Source: Kofleriaceae bacterium
Lineage (GTDB): Bacteria; Myxococcota_A; Polyangia; Haliangiales; Haliangiaceae
Length of the DNA: 14,672 nucleotides
Direction: 5' to 3'
NCBI GenBank assembly: GCA_046597055.1
Contig: JBKJLC010000073.1
Coordinates: forward strand, 1-14,672
Shown: in pieces, positions 14,130 through 14,672 of the stretch
How the letters are laid out: the number at the start of each line of letters is the position of its first letter
How positions within the stretch are numbered: position 1 is the stretch's first letter
Position numbers and translations under genes: made by a program
Notes under the pieces: model-generated
Databases searched by the model: none
What the model was told of the DNA's origin: nothing
The model's input: only the letters and a program-made list of their open reading frames with translations

Positions 14130-14645
14130 ATGAGACTCTATCCGGCCAAGGTCGACACCATCGCCAACGAGGTGATCGGCAAGCTCACGCAAGACGGCGA
14201 CATCGAAGTTCCGGACCCTCACGAGGCGCAGCTCGACGTCGCTTCGGTGCTCAAGGAGTACATCCGGGTCGACAAGGAGCTCACGGAGCGCGCCAAGGAT
14301 ATCCTCGAGATCCGCGGCCTGCCCCACGCGCACCTGGCGCGCACCAAGCGCCAGCTCGCGGAGCAGAAGGACTTCGGCCTCGGCGAAGAAGGCGTCACCT
14401 GGATCACGAACCAGCTCGTCGAGACCTTCATGCAGTCGAAGAACGTCGACGAGGTCTTTGCCGACGACGCGATTCTCCGCAAGAAGCTCAAGGAGATCGT
14501 GAAGAAGCACATGCAGATCGACGAGGGCCTCGACCAGGAGGTCCGGGACCGGCTCAAGAACCTGCAGGAGGGTACCGACGCCTGGGAGCTCGAGTACTCG
14601 AAGGTCATGGGCCAGATCAAGCAGAAGCACGGCATCAAGGAATAG
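14130..14645 (+). CDS. DUF507 family protein (two tandem DUF507-like units)
   Basis: 'MRLY..KV..IA.EVI..L...GDIEV' start and 'D..LDQEVR.RLKNLQEG...WELEY.K.M.QIK.K.G' end recall DUF507. Charged helical 171-aa protein with strong GC3 bias. Confidence 0.8.
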   Translation: MRLYPAKVDTIANEVIGKLTQDGDIEVPDPHEAQLDVASVLKEYIRVDKELTERAKDILEIRGLPHAHLARTKRQLAEQKDFGLGEEGVTWITNQLVETFMQSKNVDEVFADDAILRKKLKEIVKKHMQIDEGLDQEVRDRLKNLQEGTDAWELEYSKVMGQIKQKHGIKE

Positions 14646-14672
14646 CGGCGGCGGTCGCCACGACCTGCTGCT

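Noticed and set aside
14043..14630. N-terminal extension of the Nudix ORF
   Set aside because: It is an antisense shadow of DUF507. The Nudix fold begins at about 14042.
14644..14672. Possible hairpin after DUF507 (GGTCG-CCA-CGACC core with G-U extensions)
   Set aside because: It is short, bulged and cut by the window edge, so a U-tail cannot be assessed.

Overview
Very GC-rich bacterial DNA. From about 1.25 kb onward the gene content (Hanks kinases, DUF507, DUF4011 helicase) suggests Myxococcota; this is my inference. Left to right: the 3' end of rplY (L25/Ctc), pth and ychF; a class I SAM methyltransferase; a short remnant of a Ser/Thr kinase N-terminus coupled to an EamA/DMT transporter; a 26-bp tandem repeat; an ExoA-like GT2 glycosyltransferase; a 1651-aa DUF4011-SF1 helicase-Vsr/REase-DUF3320 protein on the minus strand (architecture of the Hhe anti-phage protein); a divergent PLP class V aminotransferase coupled to a PPP-type metallophosphoesterase; a convergent winged-helix + Ser/Thr pseudokinase (HRD->HRG, N->Q); a MutT-like Nudix hydrolase; and a DUF507 protein. 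The most notable observations are (1) a TANNNT hexamer 6-7 nt upstream of six start codons, pointing to systematic leaderless transcription, (2) the intact but probably catalytically dead wHTH-kinase facing a phosphatase, (3) the Hhe-like helicase-nuclease, (4) a kinase gene remnant that may now act as the leader of the EamA gene, and (5) a probable lineage switch inside ychF (chimeric assembly or recombination). No rRNA, tRNA, CRISPR array or transposase was seen.
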